64,000 nt of DNA from IMG/VR virus record IMGVR_UViG_3300021400_000063; one strand, written 5' to 3'. Under the pieces are notes generated by a model, which was not told where the DNA came from, ran no database searches, and worked only from the letters and a program-made list of their open reading frames with translations. Below, piece by piece: positions 30,501 to 39,600 of the stretch. A program made the position numbers and the translations under genes. The stretch comes from a virus. Its lineage: Duplodnaviria; Caudoviricetes. Each line of letters starts with the position of its first letter. Position 1 is the first letter of the stretch.

Positions 30501-33484
30501 TCATTTTTACAAGAAATAGTTACAAAACGTTTATCAACATTCAGTAATGATGTAGAATTCTTAAAATAAGCTGGATGAATTGTATAATTTTTACTACCTT
30601 GACGTTCAACTAAAGCTAATGTATCAAGTTTACAAATTTCATAAGAATGTGTAATGGTAGAACCATTATCTGATAAATCATTTCCGAAAATATAAATATT
30701 ATTACTTTCTTCATTAATGATAGTTACACCATTAAATTTATTATTCTTATTTCTTGCAAGTTTTTTAATAGAACCACTATATGTAACATATCTAAGATAT
30801 TCTTTAGTTTTAATATTATAATCGTGATAAAATCCAAATCTAGAAGCGTTTATAGTACTAATAGTATGTACACGAATTACATCTTTATTGAAAACTATTC
30901 CGAAATACGAATCATTTACAATACATAATTTATATCCTTCTATGTTACTATTTATCCAACCTTTAATCATTGTTTCCGAACATTCATCAAAAGTCAAATA
31001 ATCGCTAGCATTATCGAGTTTAGCATAAAGAAGTTTTTTAAAAGGAATTAATTTTTCATCTTCAATATTAGCATCAATTATAATAGCATATAACTCATCA
31101 TAATATTCATTCTTCACTAAACCTAAAACTTTAAGTTTATCAGTATCGATTTCTTCATAGAATCGTTTATCAAATTTAAAAATTTTCTTATACCAAACTT
31201 TACCATTAGAAGATTCATAACAATCGTTATTTTCTGTAAAAATATATGACTTGTTTTTACAACTAATAGTTTGAGTTATTTTATCCTGTAAAGCTAATGG
31301 AATGTTCTGTTCATTTCCATCATTAAGAACCTTTCTCATTACAGGAATAGCGATTTCTTCATTTTTAAGATTTATACAAATATGATAACAAGTATCATAA
31401 TCTTCAATATTATCACATACAACCATGAAATCAAACATTGAAGAACCGACACATCCAACTGGAACAAGTTTGATATTACTGATAAAGTTAGATACGTTCT
31501 GCATAATATCTTTGAAATCTAATAATGCTACATCATCAAATTTAATAGCATCTGGAAGAATATCGTTATCATACAAATCTTTAATATTCAATTCGCTAGA
31601 GAAGAATTCAATAGTATGATCTGCTACAGAAATTCTACTAACATCATATTCAAATGCTGTACCATTTACAGTATCAGTTTTAGTTTCTGTTGTGAATTCA
31701 ACAGGTAAAATATCTTCTTGCTTAACACAAGGAATACTGATTACTTCATATGAATGTGGTCGAATAGTCTTAAGTTCAATTACTTTAGAACCAAATCCGA
31801 TATTAAGACTGTTGTTGATTTTACGAGCACCGTCACGAGATTTAACAAGTAAACCAGGAACAGATGTTTTTGTAAATTTTACACCATCATCAAGATGAAC
31901 AATATTCTTATTAGCAATGTTAGCTACTTTTTCTTCATACTTTCTAGTTGAAAGTAATTCTGAAGAATCAATATCAATATTCATCATCTTTACAGTTTTA
32001 TTTGTGTATTTCTTATCTTTTACAACTTTCTTAAAGTTTTCATTTACGAGTGTTTCACCTTTATGATCCACTGTAAGATCATCAACTTCACCATCAGAAT
32101 ATTCATCATTCTTAATTTCAAGTTCGTCAATGAAAATAAATTCAGTTTCTTTTGTAAAATATTCTTTACCAGGTTCAAATTCTTTAAGATCATCACATTC
32201 AATATAAGTAATAACTTTATTAGAATTATCTGTAGTAGTTTCAACATGTTTTGTATAATATATTACATCAGGTTCAAACTCAGTAAGCTCACTATATTCT
32301 CTATAAACTATAGTATCAGTTTCATCTACAGATTTAACATAATAAACTTCACCAGCAATAGGTGTAGGAGTTTCATCTTTATTTACAATTGTGTAAACTA
32401 TATTTGTTTCAGTATTACGATCGTCGTCATAATCATCAATACTCTTAACATAATATATTTTGTTAGGATCAACTTTTTCAGTTGGATCTACAGCATGGAA
32501 TGCCCAATAATTACCATGATCTGAAGGGAAAGCAGCATTTGTATCAAAAATAAATTTACCAACAAATACACCAGAAAGTTCAAAATTATAAACTTTAGAA
32601 ACATCTTCAGAATCAGAAGTTAATGTAAATACATATCTCCAAATATTAGAAGCTGTAATATATTTATAAATATTAATTTTGATTCCGTAATTACAAAGTT
32701 TAAAATGTTCTTCTTTTGTAATATGGAATTCTCCATTATCAAGAATAACATTGAAGTTATAATATAAATCTCCATTCTGGAGTTTCATATTAAAAATCAT
32801 ATTATCTGGTTCGGGGCATTCTACTTCAAATGCAATGAGTTCTGTACCAGGACGTTCAAACATAAGATTTATATTTCTTGTATAGTTTGCAACGTTTGGA
32901 TTAAGACGCATAATTTCATCACTATTTAATTTAACAGAATTCTGTTTCATAAAATCAGTTTCATCGTTTTCTTTTTCTTCAAGAATAGAAGCTTGAGCGG
33001 AATTACCGAAAATAGATGAGATTTTATTATCAAGTGATGTTTTAAGATTTAAGAAAATATTCTGAAATTCATTTTTCCATTGATCGCTTTCAGCATCATT
33101 TCCAAGATATTTAACAAATTCATTATAATATTTTTCAAGATCAGTAATAAGATTATCAATAGATGCTGAACCCTGATCAGGTATGATAGTATTACCAGAA
33201 CTATTATCATCACCAAATTTATCGGAAGTTGTTGATTTAAGACCTACAACATTACCATCCGCATCAAACTCGATAGCATCGGCAAGATTGTATTCTATTT
33301 CTTTTAATTTATAAGCAATTGAGTTAACATCTGATGATTCAGATGTATTTATCGAACTTATTTTCTTAACAATTTCGTTAAGTTTTTCATCAAACTCTTT
33401 AAGCTCTGTGAGTGGTATAAAATCGAAATCACGAGTTTCCTGATTAATGGTTGATAACGGTGGCAAATGATTTTCGTAAGCCAT
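24596..33484 (-). CDS. Giant (2962 aa) putative receptor-binding/tail protein with internal coiled coil and C-terminal DUF6273/C-type-lectin-like domain
   Basis: aaggag RBS; AACA-N6-TA at 33543-33554; Ala-rich heptads ~27410-28010; C-terminus VFLPTEYEIFG...WL...YGVRPCFML. Confidence 0.55.
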   Translation of the reverse strand: MAYENHLPPLSTINQETRDFDFIPLTELKEFDEKLNEIVKKISSINTSESSDVNSIAYKLKEIEYNLADAIEFDADGNVVGLKSTTSDKFGDDNSSGNTIIPDQGSASIDNLITDLEKYYNEFVKYLGNDAESDQWKNEFQNIFLNLKTSLDNKISSIFGNSAQASILEEKENDETDFMKQNSVKLNSDEIMRLNPNVANYTRNINLMFERPGTELIAFEVECPEPDNMIFNMKLQNGDLYYNFNVILDNGEFHITKEEHFKLCNYGIKINIYKYITASNIWRYVFTLTSDSEDVSKVYNFELSGVFVGKFIFDTNAAFPSDHGNYWAFHAVDPTEKVDPNKIYYVKSIDDYDDDRNTETNIVYTIVNKDETPTPIAGEVYYVKSVDETDTIVYREYSELTEFEPDVIYYTKHVETTTDNSNKVITYIECDDLKEFEPGKEYFTKETEFIFIDELEIKNDEYSDGEVDDLTVDHKGETLVNENFKKVVKDKKYTNKTVKMMNIDIDSSELLSTRKYEEKVANIANKNIVHLDDGVKFTKTSVPGLLVKSRDGARKINNSLNIGFGSKVIELKTIRPHSYEVISIPCVKQEDILPVEFTTETKTDTVNGTAFEYDVSRISVADHTIEFFSSELNIKDLYDNDILPDAIKFDDVALLDFKDIMQNVSNFISNIKLVPVGCVGSSMFDFMVVCDNIEDYDTCYHICINLKNEEIAIPVMRKVLNDGNEQNIPLALQDKITQTISCKNKSYIFTENNDCYESSNGKVWYKKIFKFDKRFYEEIDTDKLKVLGLVKNEYYDELYAIIIDANIEDEKLIPFKKLLYAKLDNASDYLTFDECSETMIKGWINSNIEGYKLCIVNDSYFGIVFNKDVIRVHTISTINASRFGFYHDYNIKTKEYLRYVTYSGSIKKLARNKNNKFNGVTIINEESNNIYIFGNDLSDNGSTITHSYEICKLDTLALVERQGSKNYTIHPAYFKNSTSLLNVDKRFVTISCKNDRLNGGSDNPYEGYFIYIDTTDAGGAYYTPDESSTELEPITVFNGIRVYNVSYCGDTNNKIAFAFTSNGLYVNLTSDPNNFVHVITDLTFDEDSIAVFSNNTDLDNLTWVICGVEGIRYTHDGTSYLTCEKIGIDSIRNIGDIDGGYLIGKTSLDSIINDIEDGIFVRNIYDKNRKLYYKKVGNYIVAYGNGNNQTYIIDWVTGDKKTYDVTITDLFDIDGDIFAFTNGTENASIYRFVNLDTGFVDVTTEYSQSFIKPVNITSIKQDIEGNIFVIGTQIENNKGVIYYGETLNNLRNVLTLSEDGVIDCFYIYDNEIIISTYEPYAETKHYAWDSKTKSFKFEDVNNINLIYSFRRCFAYNGELYVMNGSGSNPNIVEKGFAKITRDISNTEHNGFYDIDVITPITDEFQIKHDNYLFSYANTLFGIFTTTEYDENDEIISKKFHIYVYYEDAKRFIEVNNAIAPLLVAIVNMGNAELEECFSNRYIVNNYTVAIQETYDESKTPIRDYNPVNEDEDYQTDKIYFDKENSGIIISNYASETNRFNMKSRMAAIGVTGKTHKAQLAMILGKDNLLGLFDKSLNVIKTFKLKYEVMVENGSMTYIDVDDRFVTQNIFVASDAESNYVFISLRGKFPILNISENGSIIETNSDTISYGLFKAKIDDIFANNTDYAVIVQEEFSINEFTPTEDINSFIVNSYGYDVANDMILNVFNDRQLIGIVKGFMYNNIESIIFWNTEAMCLDILSPLDWNINIDDIDAQYNRNNTYRDYNIAIDTEHNAAFQTYLDDNNNIVRNRVNFTAIPNEMVRVGCKTYIANDFLKAVKDVTFKDTSERVASAEINLESARSEYEAVQNIYNTAVTAEESALTTFNTANENYNTKIALLEEAISNSNASTLEALRSTLTEKTNIRIAAETNLSVATNDLNNTAVDDPNYNSVLAAKEEAQTAYDTAVAEETAAQEAYDAELANSNSTEIESLNSDVEAAKHQYQLALTAYNTAKNNTATAKINLDKATTAYETAQFIYDSMKSKSLIDTVTFDDGLVGKIDSNISIDRLSHTRFGALAWDSSVESGLNPNEHNDLHYVVKKSGDIVLDTFTGNGIRYYNKALNTRVGLFRWYDYVSAEDSGAVEGTTRRSNQYDTNSDEYNTGWAYFTPTGGGKVITINPGVGKYIYRMWDTPFGIFMSVRNYRYYGLSAVEYWSFKRLIAIPTNDNKAISIDDNRYFADLNCNEVKIVDCCITQNGLFITGHSNNKYVTLRYNGDDFYVINDNEFPIVSIIDTTDGTYFFTDQDNGNVYEFVPETEKLQVNTRYNPNIGNLQIAGKFGQRRTDVETAYGPQIVAKGGIYNLGYHKKTEFSDNLNDTSGNGPASLQKIRIYVNNEKDNLPVIAEYLASKGLPMDEDIKCIGSIMCNGLQVLINGLHIISENGISKKPLTVKFFIDKNARFTRNQESIEALLGNDPDKWDKDIGVISDYDSELGEYYDIPYQISKMNFIVLFEEFGNYLLDSNSEPVVYTTKSLPIIDIENDYVYLNVSTKTYLNGTLIGFKNEREIIGSGLILQYVENSIDFANKQFKFTVLANSGVIANNETQFTAQFTTTNTTKYSNGKCSGYITGCKYQGIALNIQPEYTDISPDVLGLEVTTIDSGDNIITNIDEHSDSVNIQHTINYYCINENGEQLLDDAITDYSTESGTINQILTDANNANDYNFNTIIKNAKNEIIVDTDSMNIIDRLGVETLSDAASMLLNDTDGAKSKVYVGDYFELGGYVWRSNSDETPTFPAGFAKYVLVERTSDGHLIFMSSERHKLISEPGQALTWEQLITNNMLETILLPQLQSRLGITPVSYTRKSDISHLTNKTVFLPTEYEIFGEYTLQVENERYSGERQWEIFNFTKKPNRKIFRRDVITRNGYTNEYAPSDDNNGYGCWLANTSINDEYASTLCRPSNSDNYGYAYHDKMTNAYYGVRPCFML

Positions 33485-33604
33485 AATTTATCTCCTTAAT
33501 TTATTTTAAAGGTATAATTTCTTTATATCCAATATAAGGTTATATAGTAATGTTTTCTAGTCAATAATAAATATACCAGGGATTAACCCTGGTATATTCT
33601 TAAT

Positions 33605-35476
33605 TTAAACATGATCTTGCAATTTGTGGTCACCAGCATAAATACTAATTTTACCAGCATTTAATTGATCGGTAGTTATATAGTAATTTTGAAGTCTATC
33701 AAACTTTTTAAGATCTTTACATTTAATATAACTATCAGAATTACGATCATAAATATAAAAATCTAATTTAGGATTAGGTACCAAAATATTATCGATATCT
33801 ATTAAAACGTATTCACCATTAATAAAAATAAATAATTCCATATTTCTATTATTTAAAATTTGATTAGGAGATACTTTATAATATTTAAATTCACCATGTT
33901 CATAAAGTCTTGTATAATATTCAAATTCAGTATCTATTGTTAAGAAATTATCAGGCATAGCTCTTATAAATTCTTTAACTTCTCCACGATCAGGATCATA
34001 AGATTTGTCTATAATCATATTGATCGTACCTATACCACTACGATTAGTATCTACTATAAAATCATTTAATGGAGGTTTATAATTAGGTTCATCAGTATTT
34101 ATTCCTAACTTTTTTAGAAAATCCTTCATCCTATCAATTATATTAGCATAAAGATGTCTGTTTACAAAAACATCAATATAGTATGGTACAGTTAAATCAC
34201 AATTAATAATATGGAAATTAAAATTCTTATCAATAGAACATTCATGTTTATCTAGTGGCGTATCATCCTTATAAACAACAACCTTAAATAAATCATCGAA
34301 TTCTTTTTGTGTTTTTACTGTAGACAAAACAGCTTTCATTACAGCATAATGTGACGGTGTTTCTTCTTTAGTTATAATATCATCAAGAATATTAAAATCT
34401 TCAACTTTAGCACTCATCATTATTTCACGTTCAAAATAAAAATGTTGATAATAATCACCATCTACAGGGGCTAATCGTCTATTATCTTTAAAAACTTCTT
34501 TAAACTTCATTATATGATAATAATTATTTCTATCAGTTTCTGAAGAAGTTTTCATCATCCAATTATTCTTAGTACCTCTAATAATAGCTGGGACAGATGT
34601 TATAAATCCAATAGGATTACCATATTCAATCCATCCGTTTAGATTAACATTGAAATTAGTCCAAGCATTTCCTTTTTTAGTACCTTCATCAGCATCATAT
34701 TTATCAAAATGAATTGTAACTCTTTGAGTTTGCCAATAACCAAATACGTAATCATGGTTATCATTTTTAGGATCCAATAATTTATAAGGTTTAATATGGT
34801 TTTCAGAAAATTTGTACATGTGTTCTGTGAACATAAGATTTATTTTCTGTTGATATTCTAACTTTTCTTTTGAATCCGCTTTCATTTTACCCAAAACATT
34901 TATTTCAGATTTGAATATGGAAGCTCTTAAATATTCCATCATCAATCTGTGCATAGGAATAAATGTTTTTATTTCTACAACACTAACATAATTCATTTTA
35001 AGATTCGAATCTAAATAATTACAACAAGCTAATTGATCATCTTTAGAATCAAAAGTCATGTTTATATCGAATGTGTTTCGGATCGTTCGTTCATTAAGTG
35101 CTATGATAACTCCATAAGGATCGTAAAGAATAGGTCTATAACCTGTAAGATCTGTATCTATAGCAAATGCTCCAGGTTGCTGATTTACATTCCAAATATC
35201 ACCACCAAATGGATCTACAGTATTATTAGGTCCATGTTTTATATTAAATCTCATCGATGGATTATTTATCTTTTTACCAGTTTCTATTTTAATCAAATCG
35301 CCTTCAGGATTAATATTATAATTTCCTGATGAACCAGTTTGATTATCCATATACATATTGGTAAAAAAGTTTCTAGGAAAATGATTTAAAAAATAAAATA
35401 AAATACCTTTATCTATACAATCTGTTAATTTCTTATTATTGAGGGAGGGAAAATTACCCAATCGTACTGTTCCCAT
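33605..35476 (-). CDS. Putative virion structural protein
   Basis: 623 aa, ggagg RBS, GACA-N6-TA at 35501-35512; located in the structural block. Confidence 0.4.
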   Translation of the reverse strand: MGTVRLGNFPSLNNKKLTDCIDKGILFYFLNHFPRNFFTNMYMDNQTGSSGNYNINPEGDLIKIETGKKINNPSMRFNIKHGPNNTVDPFGGDIWNVNQQPGAFAIDTDLTGYRPILYDPYGVIIALNERTIRNTFDINMTFDSKDDQLACCNYLDSNLKMNYVSVVEIKTFIPMHRLMMEYLRASIFKSEINVLGKMKADSKEKLEYQQKINLMFTEHMYKFSENHIKPYKLLDPKNDNHDYVFGYWQTQRVTIHFDKYDADEGTKKGNAWTNFNVNLNGWIEYGNPIGFITSVPAIIRGTKNNWMMKTSSETDRNNYYHIMKFKEVFKDNRRLAPVDGDYYQHFYFEREIMMSAKVEDFNILDDIITKEETPSHYAVMKAVLSTVKTQKEFDDLFKVVVYKDDTPLDKHECSIDKNFNFHIINCDLTVPYYIDVFVNRHLYANIIDRMKDFLKKLGINTDEPNYKPPLNDFIVDTNRSGIGTINMIIDKSYDPDRGEVKEFIRAMPDNFLTIDTEFEYYTRLYEHGEFKYYKVSPNQILNNRNMELFIFINGEYVLIDIDNILVPNPKLDFYIYDRNSDSYIKCKDLKKFDRLQNYYITTDQLNAGKISIYAGDHKLQDHV

Positions 35477-35559
35477 AACAGTAAATCCTCCTTTAAATTA
35501 TATAAAAATGTCGAAGATGAAAAAAAAGAAAGGAGTTACTACAACTCCTTTCTTTAAAA

Positions 35560-36309
35560 CTAACATTCTGGCGATGCAAGATCTAAAAAGTTCACACGTG
35601 TTTGAAAATTTTTATCATATTTAAGAATATTCTTTACAACTTTTTCTATTTTTTCATCAGTATTCCATTTCTTTGATAAAGCTGGAATTGATTTAATTGT
35701 TGTTATATAAGAATTCTTAAAAGTATCATACAATAAATTTACACATTCTTTTATTGAAATTTTCATAGAAACGAATGATGCTATATCGGCTGCACATTCT
35801 TTTTCAATAGATGAATTGATTTTCTTTGAGAAAATATCCTCACCAACGAAATCACCATTTGCGATATGACCGAGTTCGTGACCAACACAGAATTGACTTA
35901 ATTTCTTATCGTTACAAAATGAAGAAGGTATAAGGATTAAAAACCCTGCCAAACTATGATTCAAATTATTAATCACTGGACATACTATTGGTGATATAAT
36001 ACCTAATTCATAAAGTACGGGTATGTATTTACCTAAAAATAGTAATTCTTCATCGGTGATATGTTCAATCCATACAGGATATTCTTTTCCAGTTTCGTCT
36101 CCTCTACAAGATGTTTTAATATCCATAGTTTGTTCACCATTCATAATATATTTATTTGAATTGGCTAAAATTTTGGATAAAATTTCAAAACTTTTATCCT
36201 GATATTTAACACTATTCGCATAAAAACTAACTTTAAATGCGTACATAAAATTGATTGTAAATTTATCAATCTTAGCTTTAATTTTATTAAACATATAATT
36301 TACCCCCAT
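35560..36309 (-). CDS. HExxH zinc metallopeptidase-like protein (M48/ImmA-like)
   Basis: VGHELGHIANGD followed by EKECAAD. Confidence 0.6.
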   Translation of the reverse strand: MGVNYMFNKIKAKIDKFTINFMYAFKVSFYANSVKYQDKSFEILSKILANSNKYIMNGEQTMDIKTSCRGDETGKEYPVWIEHITDEELLFLGKYIPVLYELGIISPIVCPVINNLNHSLAGFLILIPSSFCNDKKLSQFCVGHELGHIANGDFVGEDIFSKKINSSIEKECAADIASFVSMKISIKECVNLLYDTFKNSYITTIKSIPALSKKWNTDEKIEKVVKNILKYDKNFQTRVNFLDLASPEC

Positions 36310-36384
36310 ATAGTTTAATCTTACATTAATATAATATATAATATAATTTGTTTATAAAAAAAGAAGGGAGATTATTCTCCCTTC

Positions 36385-36657
36385 TATATTTAATAAATGT
36401 ATATGTAACAATTATGTATATATACATTTATTTGTAACTGGATTAATCCCAGTTTCTTTAATGAACTGATCCCTAGTCAACTGTTTGGTGTCAACTAAAG
36501 GGAATTTAGTTCCATGATATTCGAACGGTACACTAAAATAATAAGTGTACATTTGGTTATCATTCATAGTTTTCACCTCCTTGGTAAAAGCTATATTTAG
36601 AGAGGGGTGCTACAACACCCCTCTCTATCTTTTATCCATAATTATAATATATAAAAA
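36385..36657 (-). repeat. ~270 bp duplicated cassette, copy 1 (copy 2 at 58559-58833)
   Basis: Near-identical sequence covering the promoter, 5' hairpin, RBS, 51-aa ORF and 3' inverted repeat. Confidence 0.95.
36412..36567 (-). CDS. 51-aa small protein, copy 1 (MNDNQMYTYYFSVPFEYHGTKFPLVDTKQLTRDQFIKETGINPVTNKCIYT)
   Basis: aaggaggtg RBS; frame conserved in the second copy, with synonymous and conservative changes; below the ORF-track size cutoff. Confidence 0.8.
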   Translation of the reverse strand: MNDNQMYTYYFSVPFEYHGTKFPLVDTKQLTRDQFIKETGINPVTNKCIYT

Positions 36658-36692
36658 ATAAGAGTAGACCACAAAGGTCTACTCTTAATATA

Positions 36693-39600
36693 TTATTTAT
36701 TTATTTTAACTTTTCGTTTAGATTCAGGAATATCTTCACCAATTTCTTTTAAGAAATCTCTAGCAGTTTTCTTAGTAAATTTATAAAGAATAGTTCCTAA
36801 GAATTGATACCAAATACTTTCAATCATACGAGCATTGATAGAAATCCAACTGAAAATACCATCGAGTTTGTTACCACTTTCTGTATATGGTTCTTTACCC
36901 TTTGGTACAACTGTTGAGTTAATAGTTTTAAGAGATGAATTCAATGCGATTTTATCTCCGGTACCCATTTGATCTTCATGCCCAATATAATATTCAATAA
37001 CAATACCTTCAAGACCGACTAATGCTCCATTAATACGAGGATCAGTTTTATCTTTATTTACAGTTGTAACTTCTATAGTTTTTCGTTTTTCAGAAGTTTT
37101 ACCGGTAAATTTTTCTTCATCAATAATTTCACGTTTATGAGTCTTAATATATTCGTTAACAAATTTAGCCACGGTAGGAGACATTTTATCAATTGGACAA
37201 GTCCAATAAACTTTCATGTCTTTTATAACGCCTGTTAAATTAGCTTTAGGAGTTTTATGAATCATACCAGCTAATACATTAGAATCAATTCCTTGGAATA
37301 AATCGTTAAGAATATCTTCTTCAGCATCATCAGATGTAGAATCATTAAGTGCTCCAGTATCATCAAATACAAAAATAGGATCTCCCAACATTACATGGTC
37401 TCCAACTTTTTTATAATCAATGATTGTAGCTTCATTAGCATTTGTAATAGAAATTTGCTTACACTTAGTAAAATTCATCGTCAATTTCTCAGAAAATTCC
37501 TGAGTAATTAAGTCAGCATCATCTTCTGTATAAGCACCTTCCATAATTGCTACCATAGCGTTTGCAGTCTGAGTATATATTAACTCACCGGTAATAGGAT
37601 CTACTTTAAAGAATCGTTTATCAGCAACAATTACATCACCAGCTTTAACTTTTGCACCTTCTTTAACAAAGCAATTATATACGGCTTCATTAAATGCATC
37701 TGAATTTTTAAGTAACATATTATTAAAATCTAAAACTTCTTTAGATCCGTCTTTATATGTTATATAAACTTTCTTTCCAACTTCATCAACTTGTGTAATA
37801 GTTCCGTCTTGCTTAGCACATTTAACGAAATTTTCACCACACTGATACTGAATAGTTCTTTCAACACCAGTACGTACACAAGGTAATGATGAACCTAATA
37901 AACCACCGACATGGTTATTCTGTCCAGAAACGAATGCAATACGAGAAGGGTCATCCTTAGTATTAACGAATGGAGTCAATGCTTCTGCAATCGTACCAAT
38001 ATCATTCAAACTAAAATTATTCTTATCTTGAGGTTCAATGAATCCAAGAGTGTTAGAAATTTTAGGATTAAGTGTTAATTCTTTAACAATACCAGCATTT
38101 GAGTTATCTGGTGTAGAAACTCCGAAAGTTCCAAAATAACTAGGATCGTAAGCACGTTTCTTTGTAGTAAACGCCTGTTCCATCTTAGTTCCACCAGGAC
38201 CTTTAAATGTTGTTAATCCCATATTACGAATTTCTGCAACAGGATTCAAACAATCGTAATTTTCAAGAATTTCAGTACTGTAAACTTTAGACATTACAGA
38301 ATCGATTGGAATAGTCATTGTAACTTTTTTTCCAGATCTTTTCTTGAAAGTTGTATATTGATCGTTTAATACTTGATACAAACATTGTGAGATTATTTCA
38401 TTAGAACGAATACGATAATTAGTAATATCAGATTCAGATTTAACCTGATTATCTACAAGTAAATCGTTACAGTATAAGAAAAGCTCACATAAATCTGTAG
38501 GAAGACCAAGCTCTTCAAGAATCTGAAGAGTTTTCATGTCTAACATAGATTCACGAGCTGTAACCCAACCCTTTACAATGTTACGTGTACCATATTTTTC
38601 TTGTGTAAAATCAATATATAAACCAGGATTGTTAAGATCTTCATAATTATATTGCTCAGTACTCATTTGAGTTAAACCATTTAATAAAATGGTTCCATTA
38701 ATAGGATACTGATTATAATATAAGAATCCATTTGCAAATCTTACACAAAGTTTATTAGTATTAACTTTACGTTTTTCACTAAATTCTATTTCGTTTTCAG
38801 GGAAATATGAAATAACTCTATCCCAACCAAATAAATATCCTAAAAGAGAAATCAAAGGAACTTTCTTACTCTGAATTTCAATCATAGAACAAATTCTACG
38901 TTTAGGAACTTTTACTTTTTCTATGAATTCAGAAATTCCAGAATCATTAAGTGTATTTTGTAAAATCATAATAATTGTACTAGATACAGATCCATCCTTT
39001 CTCACATCAATAGAATAAAGAGATTTAGTTGTATAGTTAATTGCTATAGGAAGAATATATGGTGGAAGAACATTATCTTTAAATCCTGTATTAATATTGT
39101 GTTCTTTAATTTTTTCTCTAATAACACTCTGATCAAAATAAACAATAACATGTTCACCATATTCTGATCCATCATTAATATTAAAGTAGAAATATTTATC
39201 AGCCAAAATATCATATTCGATAGTAGTAATATAATCTACATTATTTTTAGAACAATCACCACGTTCGATACGAATGTTAGGATTATCGACAAAATATTCT
39301 GTTACTAATCTTCTTACAACTTCAGATACTTTATTAAGAGTATAGCCGTTACGCATAACCTGATAAGAGTTGAGTTGAGTAGTGATATAAACTTTATCGG
39401 AACCAATTTTTACAACAGGTTTACGAATAAGCTGATTTTTAAGATATTTAGTACGTCCTTGGATTTTCATAAATCCATTTTCATCAAGTTTAGGAACATT
39501 GAATTTCAATTCATGTTTCTTTTTAAATTGATCTTCGAGTGTAAAATGATAAGTTAATCTATCGTTAAATTGATCGGATGTATCATCTACTTTAATATTT